Counted from the first letter of the stretch, positions 30,140-40,103 are shown. The stretch is 64,000 nucleotides of DNA from an archaeon (GCA_041661245.1 JBAZUY010000001.1:64491-128490); one strand, 5' to 3'. Numbers and translations: made by a program. Notes: generated by a model from the letters alone, not told the origin.

Positions 30140-30919
30140 ATGCTTTATTTAATTGGAATTGGACTAAAACCATCACACTTGACACTTGAAGCACTTGAAT
30201 GCATAAAAAAAAGCGACCAGGCATTCCTTGAAGTCTATACTTCCCAATATAGTGAAGGACTTTTAAAAGAATTAAGAGATTTAACTGGAAAAGACATAAA
30301 AGAAATTAACCGAACAGATGTTGAAGAGAATTTTACTTCCGCACTTACAAGCGCAAACAAAAACAATATTTGCTTACTTGTATTTGGAAACCCCCTAACT
30401 GCAACCACACACATTCAACTCTTGCTTGATGCCAAAGAAGCAGGAATAAAATACAAAGTTATCCCCGGAATTTCAATTACAAATATGATTGCAGAAAGCG
30501 GACTTGATGAATACAAATTTGGACGAACAGTAACCATTTGTTACCACTTGCCAAATTTTGAACCAGATTCATTTTATACCCAAATAAAAGAAAATCAAAA
30601 AATGGGACTACACACACTTTGTTTACTAGATATTAAAAAAGATCAACCACAACAAAGACTAATGAATTCTGTTGAAGCAATAGAAGTACTTGAAAAAATA
30701 ATGCTTAAGAAAAAACAAAAGGATAAATTCTTGTATATTGCACTACTCGGAATGGGATCTGAAAAACAAAAGATTCTCGTTGGAAGAAAAATGATATTCA
30801 CTTCAAAAGAAATTCATGAAGTTTACCCGCAAAGTATGATTATCCCCGGAAAAATGAATGAAAAAGAAAAAGAAATTGTAAAAAAGTTATACGATCCATT
30901 AATTGAATGGAAGGATTAA
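30140..30919 (+). CDS. dph5: Diphthine synthase
   Basis: MLYLIGIGL...TLEALE...EVYTS and the tetrapyrrole-methylase fold pattern typical of Dph5. Confidence 0.9.
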   Translation: MLYLIGIGLKPSHLTLEALECIKKSDQAFLEVYTSQYSEGLLKELRDLTGKDIKEINRTDVEENFTSALTSANKNNICLLVFGNPLTATTHIQLLLDAKEAGIKYKVIPGISITNMIAESGLDEYKFGRTVTICYHLPNFEPDSFYTQIKENQKMGLHTLCLLDIKKDQPQQRLMNSVEAIEVLEKIMLKKKQKDKFLYIALLGMGSEKQKILVGRKMIFTSKEIHEVYPQSMIIPGKMNEKEKEIVKKLYDPLIEWKD

Positions 30920-30958
30920 AGTAACAGAAGAATTTTGAGAGTAAATGGTGAATCAAAT

Positions 30959-31249
30959 ATGAGTGCAGAAAAAGATTTGATTGAAAAAGTAGAAAAATAC
31001 GAAAAACTCACTGCAAGAGGATTAAAAGAAATTAAAATGAAAAAAAACTTGCCTGAAAAAGACAAACTTATCGCAGAAGATTTCTTACAAATGGCAAAAA
31101 ACTATTATAATGATGCTTTGTTTTTTAAAGAAAAAGGAAACTTACTAACATCGCTCGCAGCATTCTCTTACGCACACGCTTGGCTTGACGCAGGAGTACG
31201 AGCAAGAGTATTTGATGCTACTGACGACCAGTTGTTCACGCTGCCCTAA
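30959..31249 (+). CDS. DUF357 domain protein
   Basis: AKNYYNDALFFKEKGNLLTSLAAFSYAHAWLDAG matches DUF357. GGTGA lies 7 nt before ATG 30959. Confidence 0.75.
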   Translation: MSAEKDLIEKVEKYEKLTARGLKEIKMKKNLPEKDKLIAEDFLQMAKNYYNDALFFKEKGNLLTSLAAFSYAHAWLDAGVRARVFDATDDQLFTLP

Positions 31250-31280
31250 ATAATCTTCAATAAATAAAACCAAGTACTAA

Positions 31281-31751
31281 TTAGTTTTTTGAGACCAATT
31301 CTTCAGGACTAAAAACAATTCCCTTATAAAAAAGCGCCCTAAATGCCGCAGAAACAACAAAATTAAGTTTTTTGCCTTTTGGAAATTCATAAGCTTCCCC
31401 ATCCTCTTTAATCATTCTTAGATTTTTTGAGACAAGACTAAAAAGAGCTTCCGAATTTTTTGGTTTTTCTTTAAGTGCAGCAACAATTGCCTGCGCAAGA
31501 ATAATTGGTTGAGTAGTATTAGCTCCTTTGCTAACCTTTCTAGTACGCAACTCGGCAAGATAAATTTCTAATGCTTGCGAAGAAGAGGGTTTAAGAAAAT
31601 AAGAATGTAAAGGCAAATAATTTGCTCGTAAAGGAATTCCTGCTATACGAAGAGCATTTTCTCGCCCAAAAGCCTTACTTACTGCAGGAGAAAATTTTGC
31701 TTGAGCATATTTTCCTTTTACTCTGGCAGCTACCCCTAAACCCATATACAA
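31281..31751 (-). CDS. Hypothetical protein, possible paralogue of 29552-30067
   Basis: ORF only. RANYLPLH motif. Confidence 0.45.
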   Translation of the reverse strand: MYMGLGVAARVKGKYAQAKFSPAVSKAFGRENALRIAGIPLRANYLPLHSYFLKPSSSQALEIYLAELRTRKVSKGANTTQPIILAQAIVAALKEKPKNSEALFSLVSKNLRMIKEDGEAYEFPKGKKLNFVVSAAFRALFYKGIVFSPEELVSKN

Positions 31752-31886
31752 ATCAATCCCATTAGTTAACTAAAAGAAGCGCCTAGCTTATATTAATAAT
31801 TACCACTTATCCAAAGTAAATCTTTCACTTAACACAAACTAAAACCCCCCAGCAAGTTTTAAATAGCAGAACTTTCTTTATTTGTC

Positions 31887-32435
31887 ATGTCATTATACGG
31901 ACCAAAAATTAGACTTCCAAAAGTAGATATCCCAATCGCTTCAGGCGGAGGGGCATCTTGGAACCTTGAGAAAGAAAAAAAGATTGCAATTTATGCAATT
32001 ATTGCAATCGTAGTTATTGCAATACTTTGGCTAGCAGTACCAGTTATATTCACATTTCTTACAAGCGGACTTGATTCAATGCTTAACCCCGCAGTAACTA
32101 TTAATTGGAGAAATAATCCACTAAATATCACAAATGGGGTAAGAGAGGCTGAACTTGATTTGACTTTAACAAATACCTCCAAAGAAGAACAAACTGAGGT
32201 TAGTTTTAATATTACTACAAACTCAAACGAAATAATAATTTTCTGCCCAAATTCATTATATGATACAAACAAAGGGAGATATGTTCTTGAAAATATTGCA
32301 CCAGGAGATAAACGAAAGATCCCTTGTATTATTAGAAGAAATCCTGATGCTAGTGTATTTAGTGGAAGTTATACTCTTGATGTAATAACTAGTTTAGGGA
32401 ATGTTAAAACTAATTTAGAAATCATTTCAAAATAA
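31887..32435 (+). CDS. Membrane-anchored hypothetical protein
   Basis: One TM helix (IAIYAIIAIVVIAILWLAVPVIF) followed by a beta-rich domain. Confidence 0.5.
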   Translation: MSLYGPKIRLPKVDIPIASGGGASWNLEKEKKIAIYAIIAIVVIAILWLAVPVIFTFLTSGLDSMLNPAVTINWRNNPLNITNGVREAELDLTLTNTSKEEQTEVSFNITTNSNEIIIFCPNSLYDTNKGRYVLENIAPGDKRKIPCIIRRNPDASVFSGSYTLDVITSLGNVKTNLEIISK

Positions 32436-32482
32436 AAAACATTCGCAAAGTAGATTTAGTTAAAAACAAACAAAGAAAAATT

Positions 32483-33466
32483 CTATTTCTTTGACTTTTT
32501 CTTAACTGGTTTTGCAAGTTCTTTTCCATTCGTTTCCAAATGATGAAGTTTCTTAAGTTCACTCCAAGATCTATAAAAGAAATAACCCACAATTAAGAAA
32601 GTCATAACTGGAGAGATAATTGAAGGAATCTCAAACCCAAAAGCATCAAGAAGCATAATTGCCCCTAAAAAGAAAATAGAATACATTGCCCCATTCTTCA
32701 AATAAGCATATTTCTTTATGTTCTCAATATTACTAATTGTAATTTCTCTCACCACAAATGCACCAAGCCCATTTCCTAAAATTATTAAAGGCACTGCAAG
32801 AGTAAAAGCAAACGCGCCTAAAACACCATCAATAGAAAAAGTTGCATCAATTATTTCCAAATACATTAGCTTACTAACATCCGACATGAAAGCCCCTTTT
32901 GATTTTACTAAGTTATGCTCATGCTTTTCCACATTTTGCTTAAATCCATGCATTATAAAAAAAGCAGTTGAACCAATTACGGCCGCAAGCGCAAGAGAAG
33001 GATTATATTGAAGAGCAAACCAAACAAGGGACGCAAGCAAAACAGAAACTACTGCATAAAACCAAACCCATTGCGCATGGAAAAACCTTTCATGATGATG
33101 CGCATAATTCTTTGGTTCCATAAACAACCAATGAAAAAATAAGAATACTAAAAAAGTTCCAGCCCCCGCTAATAAAAATGGGGCAGCACTTGCAATAGCT
33201 GAAATAACTTTTGGATCAGAACTAAAAGTTGCTGTCAATGCACCAATTGGACCAAGAGAAGGAACTGTTGCCCAAACAATTAACCAAGGCAATAAACCTC
33301 TAACAACAAAAACAGCAATAATTAAACCCCAAAACAAGAACCACTTTCTTGCCCATTTACTCATTCCCTTCAAAACATCCGCATTAATTATTGCATTATC
33401 AACACTATTAATTGTTTCAAATAAACACAAACCGAAAACAACAAGAATTATTGATACAATATCCAT
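32483..33466 (-). CDS. DUF475 / TerC-related integral membrane protein
   Basis: SVDNAIINADVLKGMSKWARKWFLFWGLIIAVFVVRG pattern. Confidence 0.7.
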   Translation of the reverse strand: MDIVSIILVVFGLCLFETINSVDNAIINADVLKGMSKWARKWFLFWGLIIAVFVVRGLLPWLIVWATVPSLGPIGALTATFSSDPKVISAIASAAPFLLAGAGTFLVFLFFHWLFMEPKNYAHHHERFFHAQWVWFYAVVSVLLASLVWFALQYNPSLALAAVIGSTAFFIMHGFKQNVEKHEHNLVKSKGAFMSDVSKLMYLEIIDATFSIDGVLGAFAFTLAVPLIILGNGLGAFVVREITISNIENIKKYAYLKNGAMYSIFFLGAIMLLDAFGFEIPSIISPVMTFLIVGYFFYRSWSELKKLHHLETNGKELAKPVKKKSKK

Positions 33467-33521
33467 GAAATATTAAGGCAAAGCAAGATTAAAAAAAGAA
33501 CTGTTCTTCCTTCAACTACAA

Positions 33522-33947
33522 ATGGTTACATCAACTGATTATGACAAATACTTAGCAGCAAAAGCCGCAGCATTAATCAGAGAAAATTTTTCTGACCGAG
33601 GAGTAATCAACCTTCTTGTGGTTAGATGGGGCAAAACTAAATCCAAAAGAGTTTTAGGACACATTAAACCCATGGAGAATGTGGAGTACGGTTCAATCAT
33701 TGAAATAAACCCAATGTTAAAGAGCCTTAATGTGCCCGAATACGTACTTGAGTATGTATTAATGCATGAATTAACGCATTATTTCCAAGGATTTGGTTCC
33801 AATCATCAAAGGAAACACAAACACCCACACAAAGGACACATTGTTGAGAAAGAAATGGCAAGACACGGTTGGGACGAAATAACAATCAAATCAGAGAAAT
33901 GGATTAAAGAAAACTGGAAAAATATAGTAATGATGGAAAAGAACTAA
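33522..33947 (+). CDS. SprT/DUF45-like zinc metallopeptidase-fold protein
   Basis: LMHELTHY (HExxH) preceded by a GHI...IEINPML arrangement. His-rich tail. Confidence 0.6.
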   Translation: MVTSTDYDKYLAAKAAALIRENFSDRGVINLLVVRWGKTKSKRVLGHIKPMENVEYGSIIEINPMLKSLNVPEYVLEYVLMHELTHYFQGFGSNHQRKHKHPHKGHIVEKEMARHGWDEITIKSEKWIKENWKNIVMMEKN

Positions 33948-33980
33948 ATTCCAAAGTTTTAATGAAAAAAGTTACGCTAA

Positions 33981-35783
33981 TTATTTAGCGTGGTACTTTT
34001 TCTCTTCAGCAACTTGCTCTTGCAAGTAATCAATATATTCATTCTTTAAACTCTGAACCGTAGCTAGTTTACCAGATCCAAGGAAAGTATAAATATTTTC
34101 AAGGAAAATATTTGAACCCATTACTGAAGGCATTGCAACAAAATCTACTCCTTTATTGTAAAAATCAAGTGCATTTGAGTAATAATGCGCAATAGAAAAA
34201 ATTGGCAAGTTTGGATAAATTGCTCTTGCTTCCCTCACAATTGCAAGCGCTTCTCGGTGATTTAAAATTGTTATAACCATTAACTTTGCGTCCACTAAAT
34301 CTAATCTCTCCCAAAGCGTTTCATTCTCTGAAGAACCATAAACATAAGGCAAACCATCCCTTTGCCCTTGAGCAACTACTTCAGGATCATGATCAACTAC
34401 AAACACTTGATTATTTTTCATGAGAGCTTTTGCTAAACCTCTGCCAACAGTTCCGCCCCCAATAATAATTATGTGATCTTTCAAAACTCTTTTTGCAGGA
34501 ACATTCTCAAGTTCTTCTAGTTTTCTATTAAAAAATTCTTTTCGCATTGCTTTGGGGAGTTTTTTTACTTTATCATAAAGAAATTGTGAAACTCTGCTTG
34601 AAGAAACCATTAAGTAAGGAGTCATAATCATTGAAAGCGCCACTACAGTTATTATAAATGAAAATAAACTTGGAGAGAAAACTGTTTCATTTGCATTCAT
34701 TGCAAGTACTGCTGCAATACCTGCTAATTCAAAACCAAACTCGGAAATACTTGCTAAACCTAAACCAAGTTTTACACCCATCTTGCTTCCATACCCCATT
34801 AATAAGGAAATACCAAAGAATACTACGGGCTTTATTACAAAAACTAATAATAGAATTGCAATAACTAAAAATGGATTTAGTGCAGAAAAACTAAAGCTTA
34901 ATTGGATTCCAAGAGAAACAAAGAAAATTGTTAAGAAGAAATCACGAAGAGCCCTAATCTTTGAAAATATTTCAAGATTATATGGAAGAGTACTTAATGC
35001 AAGTCCTCCAACAAATGCCCCTATTGCAATTGGAATGCCCAAAAGTTCACTTATTCCAATAAACACAAACGCTGTTGCAATACTTGAAAGTAAGAATAAT
35101 TCTTGTTCCTGAACTGCAACCTTAAACAATCTTGGAAACACAACCTTGTTCATAAAGTACGCGATGAGGATTAAGAAAATACTTTTTCCCACAATAGAAA
35201 TCAATAAAGAAACATTTCCCAAATTTGAAATATTTGCAAGAAGCGGAACAAAGAAAATTACCAAAAAATCTTGCAATAGAAGAATTGAAACCATTAATCT
35301 TCCTTGAAGAGTATTTAACTCCCCTGAATCAGAAAGAAGCTTTACCACAATCATTGTTGAAGAGAATGCAATTATTGTCCCAACAAACAATGCTTGTTCA
35401 AATGAAAGCAAATTTGTCGGAACTGTAAAAAGGAATGTGAAAAAGATTACTAAAAGAACTTGGAGAATAGTTGCAAATACTACTGGTTTTCCAACGTTAA
35501 GCAACCGGTGAATATTTGTTTCAATTCCAATGGAAAATAGTAAAAGTGCTGTTCCAAGAAGAGAAAGAAGTTTAACTTCAGGAGTAATTGCTTTAATCCC
35601 AATCTCAAAAGGACTTCCTAAAAAACTCAAATCCATGCTCCCTAAAACCAAAGGTCCTAATAAAACCCCCGCAACAATATAACCAAACAAAGTCGGTTGT
35701 TTTAATTTTTTTAATAATGCACTAACTATTGTCGCGACAATAATTATTTCCGCAATATGCGTGAACAAGAGAACTGCATCCAA
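33981..35783 (-). CDS. CPA2 cation:proton antiporter (Kef-type) with TrkA-N domain
   Basis: About 12 TM helices followed by the Rossmann motif IIIGGGTVGRGLA. Confidence 0.85.
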   Translation of the reverse strand: MDAVLLFTHIAEIIIVATIVSALLKKLKQPTLFGYIVAGVLLGPLVLGSMDLSFLGSPFEIGIKAITPEVKLLSLLGTALLLFSIGIETNIHRLLNVGKPVVFATILQVLLVIFFTFLFTVPTNLLSFEQALFVGTIIAFSSTMIVVKLLSDSGELNTLQGRLMVSILLLQDFLVIFFVPLLANISNLGNVSLLISIVGKSIFLILIAYFMNKVVFPRLFKVAVQEQELFLLSSIATAFVFIGISELLGIPIAIGAFVGGLALSTLPYNLEIFSKIRALRDFFLTIFFVSLGIQLSFSFSALNPFLVIAILLLVFVIKPVVFFGISLLMGYGSKMGVKLGLGLASISEFGFELAGIAAVLAMNANETVFSPSLFSFIITVVALSMIMTPYLMVSSSRVSQFLYDKVKKLPKAMRKEFFNRKLEELENVPAKRVLKDHIIIIGGGTVGRGLAKALMKNNQVFVVDHDPEVVAQGQRDGLPYVYGSSENETLWERLDLVDAKLMVITILNHREALAIVREARAIYPNLPIFSIAHYYSNALDFYNKGVDFVAMPSVMGSNIFLENIYTFLGSGKLATVQSLKNEYIDYLQEQVAEEKKYHAK

Positions 35784-35841
35784 ACAAAATCACTCAAAAA
35801 TACTTACAAAATAAGGGTTTTTTGGTTTAAAAGAATTGCTT

Positions 35842-36507
35842 TCAAGCTGTATTAACTAATTCTTCAAGGAGTTTTAAGTTCACTTCTGAAAAGTCTTTAA
35901 TTATCAAATCAGCAGTTCCCTCAAAATCTTTTGGAGCAGTAAGCTCTGTTAAGAGGGCGATAGATTTCATTTCCGCGCGGTTTGCTGCTTCAATTCCATT
36001 TTTTGCATCCTCAAACACAACACACTCACTTGGTTTTGCACCCACTAACTCTGCCGCTTTAAGAAATAAATCAGGATTGGGTTTATGTAAAGCAACATCC
36101 TCAGCAGTAACTAAAGCATCCAAATATTTGCTAACTTTTATTAAATCAAGAATTCTTTTTGCTCGCTCTTTAGTACTAGACGTCGCAACTGCAATCTTCA
36201 CTCCTTTTTGTTTAGCGCAAGAAATTAAAGAGGTAATAGTTTTATTGGGACGCAATTCATTCTCCATAAGAGAGAGCTCAATTTTAAATGACTTTTTTGA
36301 AAACTCAAGAGGGTCAATTTTTGGCAAACTAAACTCTTTTTCCCACTCTTTAAGCTGGTCACGAAGAGACATACCAACAGATTTTTTTCTCTGCTCAGGA
36401 GTTAAAACAACCCCATATTCTTTTAGAAGCACTCCAAAAGATTTGGTAATAAATGGCGGGGAGTTGACAAGCACCCCATCCATATCAAAAATAATCGCTT
36501 TAAGCAT
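35842..36507 (-). CDS. HAD-superfamily hydrolase (beta-phosphoglucomutase-like)
   Basis: IIFDMDGVLVNS, ATSS, and FEDAKNGIEAA motifs. Confidence 0.85.
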   Translation of the reverse strand: MLKAIIFDMDGVLVNSPPFITKSFGVLLKEYGVVLTPEQRKKSVGMSLRDQLKEWEKEFSLPKIDPLEFSKKSFKIELSLMENELRPNKTITSLISCAKQKGVKIAVATSSTKERAKRILDLIKVSKYLDALVTAEDVALHKPNPDLFLKAAELVGAKPSECVVFEDAKNGIEAANRAEMKSIALLTELTAPKDFEGTADLIIKDFSEVNLKLLEELVNTA

Positions 36508-36535
36508 TTGATCAACTTCCGTTCACAACTCAATC

Positions 36536-37948
36536 TTACTTCACAACAGCTTTAGCAATCGTTGAACCATCTTTGTTATCCACAAGTTCAATTCCTTTAG
36601 ATTTGAGTATTCCGCGTATCTCATCTGCACGCTTCCAATCTTTGGTCTGTTTTGCAATGCTTCTCTCATCAACTAGCTTTTGTTGTTCTTCAGTTATTTC
36701 AAAAAACTTTTCAGAAAAATCAAGAACTCCCATTACTGAATCTATTTTCTTCAAAAAATCAAGAGCTTCAATTGCACCATTTACTCCAAGCGCACCATCA
36801 TCAATTTGTTTATTAACTTTTTTAGCAAAATCAAAAACATACTTCATTGCTTCAGGAACATTCAAATCATTATCCATTGCTTCAGTGAACGCACTAAGTG
36901 CTTCATCAACAAAAATCTTTACAGAGTCATTTGCTTTTGTTTCTTTGATTGATTTTAATCTCTCAATCAAATTTTGTAATCCATCAAGAGTCTTTTGCGC
37001 GTCTTTTACTGATTCAAAAGTGAAATTTAATTGTTGTCTATAATTTGTATTAAGGAAAGTATACCTAATTGCTTTTGGTTTTAATCCTTTGTTCAATAAA
37101 TCTCTCAAAGTAAAAAAGTTTCCAAGAGACTTGGACATTTTTTGCCCTTCAACCATTAAGTGCGCAGTATGCATCCAATAATTAACAAATTTTTTCCCAC
37201 TCGCGGCTTCACTTTGAGCAATTTCATTTTCATGATGAGGAAATTTATTATCAATTCCACCAGTATGCAAATCAAAATGTTCTCCTAAATACTTCATACT
37301 CATCGCAGAACACTCAATGTGCCAACCTGGACGACCTTTCCCTAAAGAAGTTTCCCAAAATACTGGCCCATCATTTTCATCCCAAGCTTTCCATAAAGCA
37401 AAATCTCCAATTCCTTCTTTTTCATACTCATCTTGTTTAATCCTTGCACCAGCTTTTAGTTGAGTTGGATCAATTCCTGCTAGTTTTCCATAATTTGGAA
37501 ATTTTTTAATTGAATAATAAATACTTCCGTCTTCTCCACGATAAGCAATTCCTTTGTCAAGAAGTTTTTGAACAATTGCAACCATTTCAGAAATGTGCTC
37601 AGTTGCAGGGCAATAAATTTCTGCAGGCAAAATATTAAGTGCTGCAACATCTTCCAAAAATGCTTTTTTGTAAACACTAGTATATTCACTCAAAGCCATT
37701 TTTTTCTCAATGCTTCCTTTAATTGTCTTATCATCAACATCAGTATAATTCATTACTTGTTTTACTTTGTACCCCGAAAATATCAAGTAACGCTTAATCA
37801 AATCTTCCCAAGTATAGCACTTCAAATTCCCAATGTGAATATAATTGTAAATTGTTGGACCGCAAGTGTAAAGTCCTACTGCACCTGGCTTGATTGATTT
37901 AAACTCTTCAAGCTTATTTCCAAATGAATTAAAGAATTTTAATACCAT
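36536..37948 (-). CDS. cysS: Cysteinyl-tRNA synthetase
   Basis: HIGN, WHIEC, and KMSKSLGN motifs. Confidence 0.95.
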   Translation of the reverse strand: MVLKFFNSFGNKLEEFKSIKPGAVGLYTCGPTIYNYIHIGNLKCYTWEDLIKRYLIFSGYKVKQVMNYTDVDDKTIKGSIEKKMALSEYTSVYKKAFLEDVAALNILPAEIYCPATEHISEMVAIVQKLLDKGIAYRGEDGSIYYSIKKFPNYGKLAGIDPTQLKAGARIKQDEYEKEGIGDFALWKAWDENDGPVFWETSLGKGRPGWHIECSAMSMKYLGEHFDLHTGGIDNKFPHHENEIAQSEAASGKKFVNYWMHTAHLMVEGQKMSKSLGNFFTLRDLLNKGLKPKAIRYTFLNTNYRQQLNFTFESVKDAQKTLDGLQNLIERLKSIKETKANDSVKIFVDEALSAFTEAMDNDLNVPEAMKYVFDFAKKVNKQIDDGALGVNGAIEALDFLKKIDSVMGVLDFSEKFFEITEEQQKLVDERSIAKQTKDWKRADEIRGILKSKGIELVDNKDGSTIAKAVVK

Positions 37949-38048
37949 AAAAGCACTACCTAAGAACTAACCAAGAGATTATTTAAAGATAAGTTTTTGG
38001 AAACGAAAACAAAAAATACGAAGAACTAGGCAAAGAATCTAAGAAACC

Positions 38049-38279
38049 TTAATCAGAATCAAAATCTTCTTCATCACTGCCGGAAGATGCTTCTTCTTCC
38101 TCTTCTTCCATTTCGAATTCTTTACTTTCAATAAGTTTCAAAGCGCCCTTTTTGTCGGCAATTACAGTGTACTCTAGGTTACATTCAGAGCAAGCAACTG
38201 CATCTCCTTCTTCAAGGTCATCAATATTAACCTCAAATCTTGCCTTACATTCAGTGCATAATTTCTTCATTGAAGCCAT
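38049..38279 (-). CDS. LysW-like zinc-ribbon protein with long polyacidic C-terminal tail (76 aa)
   Basis: CTEC...EEGDAVACSECNLEYTV follows the LysW pattern C.EC...G..V.C..C..E..V. The tail is EFEMEEEEEEASSGSDEEDFDSD. ATG 38279 has a TATA box 23-30 nt upstream, so the ORF-track extension to 38357 is unlikely. Confidence 0.6.
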   Translation of the reverse strand: MASMKKLCTECKARFEVNIDDLEEGDAVACSECNLEYTVIADKKGALKLIESKEFEMEEEEEEASSGSDEEDFDSD

Positions 38280-38301
38280 ACTTATTTTCCACCCATTTTC
38301 C

Positions 38302-38309
38302 TTTATAAA
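38302..38309 (-). promoter_or_regulatory. TATA box (palindromic tttataaa) for the LysW-like gene
   Basis: Lies 23-30 nt upstream of ATG 38279 on the minus strand. Confidence 0.35.
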
Positions 38310-38417
38310 CCTTTCCAAAATGGTCAAAAAATGCATTAAAATTAGTTTAAATGGCAAAATAAGAGAACGAGCTTAGTTAGGATAAGGGAAAAAGCTTAAT
38401 TTTGCCCCGTGTGGGTA

Positions 38418-38975
38418 CTAAAGAAGAGAAAGGATTATCCCTAAGGTTAAACCATAGAGAATAGTAAGAATAATCCAATTCAAAGCTAACTTTGATCCAG
38501 TTACTCCAAGTACGACTTTAAGCAGTTTATATGATCCTACAAGCCAAGCCACTGTTAGAATTATTGAGAATAATATGAATAAAACTCCTAAAAACATTAA
38601 GAGCCCAGAACTAACCATTGGACCAAAAAGAGCTGTAAGAGCGAAAACCAAAGCCCCAACTAAATTAATCGCCCATAGCTTTCCAACAACTGACAAACAT
38701 TGAGCATAACTTATTCCAATTAAGCGCTTTTTCTTTCTAACATGAACAAATTCAAAAAACCAAACAAATCCTGAAAAAAGCAACCATTCTGCAAAATTCA
38801 ATAATACAAAGTATATGCTCGTGTAAATATTTGCTGAAATAAAGAAAGAGGCAAGAGCCATTAATATTCCGGAAATCAAAACAATTCCAAACGCCCCCTT
38901 AATATCCTCGTTATGGAAAGCATCCTCAAAAGCTTTTGTTGGACTGAATAAAACACTAGCACACATATTTATCAC
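38418..38975 (-). CDS. Yip1-domain membrane protein
   Basis: N-terminal SPTKAFEDA... followed by five TM helices, a Yip1/DUF1282-like layout. Confidence 0.55.
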   Translation of the reverse strand: MINMCASVLFSPTKAFEDAFHNEDIKGAFGIVLISGILMALASFFISANIYTSIYFVLLNFAEWLLFSGFVWFFEFVHVRKKKRLIGISYAQCLSVVGKLWAINLVGALVFALTALFGPMVSSGLLMFLGVLFILFSIILTVAWLVGSYKLLKVVLGVTGSKLALNWIILTILYGLTLGIILSLL

Positions 38976-39035
38976 TAAATTATCATTTACTATAAGGCAA
39001 TTACTCCTATTTAAAGCTAATTCTTGCCCACCAAA

Positions 39036-39575
39036 TCATAATTCTTTTTTCATTAAACAGTTATCAACATATTTTTCATTAATTAGAGCTGCTTTTTTCA
39101 ATAACCCGTATTTTGAAAATCCAAGTTTTTTATAAAGCAAAATTGCAGGTTTATTTTTTGAATCAACTGCCAAAAGAACAAGTGTTTTGGACCCAGGTAA
39201 ATTCTTCAAAGTGAATTCCATTAAACCAATTCCAATACGATGACGACGATGAGAAGACTCAACAACAAGCGAAGAAATTTCAGCCCTGTGCTTATGTAAA
39301 CCTTTGCCGAAAACTACTTTGACATGCGCAACAATTCTTCCATTTTCTAGTGCAACAAATCGCTTATCAATTCCCTTAATAGTAGCACTTAATTTTTTTT
39401 GAACAGAAGATTTTTTCCAGTGCGGAAACAGAGCATGCACCTCGGAAATAGTGTTCAAATTTAATTCAGAGAGTTCTCCAAATATAATTCCGTCAAGCGA
39501 AGCTTTTGGGGAATTAATTTCATTTTTGGCACCCGCCAAAGGAAGATTATGCCCCAAAGCCATAATTTTAATCAA
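39036..39575 (-). CDS. GNAT family N-acetyltransferase
   Basis: Motif A VVESSHRRHRIGIGLMEF and C-terminal LYKKLGF. The TTG start overlaps the upstream stop (TTGA). Alternative start ATG 39563. Confidence 0.75.
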   Translation of the reverse strand: MIKIMALGHNLPLAGAKNEINSPKASLDGIIFGELSELNLNTISEVHALFPHWKKSSVQKKLSATIKGIDKRFVALENGRIVAHVKVVFGKGLHKHRAEISSLVVESSHRRHRIGIGLMEFTLKNLPGSKTLVLLAVDSKNKPAILLYKKLGFSKYGLLKKAALINEKYVDNCLMKKEL

Positions 39576-40018
39576 CTCCTTTGTTTCTTTGCCAAATCAC
39601 TCTTTAGTTGGAGTCTTACTCGTTCGTTAGCATCTTTTGAGTCCCCAACTTTATTACTAGTATGAGTTTTTGAAACATCAATCAAAAAATTATTGTGAAT
39701 AATATCTCTTCCAATTAAAACTGAATAAGGCAAACCTTCTCTATCTTCAATATTTACTCCAGTTTTAATTTTCTTACCTTTAACAATAATAATTGCTTCA
39801 GCAATTGCTCTTCTTGTATAACCCCGAGGAGAAGAAGCACTCTTTATTTTAACACTTGAAATAATTGGTCCAACCCCTGCTTTAGCAGCGGTACGAACAT
39901 CAATACAAGTTCTTGTAGCACCAGTATCAAAAAGAGCTTTTTTTATTATAACTCCTTTCTTCCCCTTTATTCGAACCAAATCAACTAAACCAATTATTTT
40001 TTTTCCTTTGCTCATCAA
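39572..40018 (-). CDS. Retropepsin-like aspartic protease (DUF785/RimB-like)
   Basis: ALFDTGATRTCID (DTGA catalytic motif) and LIGRDII near the C-terminus. Confidence 0.65.
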   Translation of the reverse strand: MMSKGKKIIGLVDLVRIKGKKGVIIKKALFDTGATRTCIDVRTAAKAGVGPIISSVKIKSASSPRGYTRRAIAEAIIIVKGKKIKTGVNIEDREGLPYSVLIGRDIIHNNFLIDVSKTHTSNKVGDSKDANERVRLQLKSDLAKKQRS

Positions 40019-40095
40019 ATCAAATCATACTTATAAGGAAAACCGTATTATTAACCCTTTTGGGAAGGTTTTTACAAAAATCAAAAAGCAAAACC

Positions 40096-40103
40096 TTTTA
40101 TAG
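40096..40103 (+). promoter_or_regulatory. TATA-like box for the rightward ATP-grasp operon
   Basis: ttttatag ends 28 nt before ATG 40131. Confidence 0.3.

Noticed and set aside
38280-38357. Longer 102-aa version of the LysW-like ORF
   Set aside because: The extra 26 residues are hydrophobic and AT-rich. They contain the TATA box (38302-38309) that is correctly spaced for ATG 38279. The shorter form matches the LysW layout.
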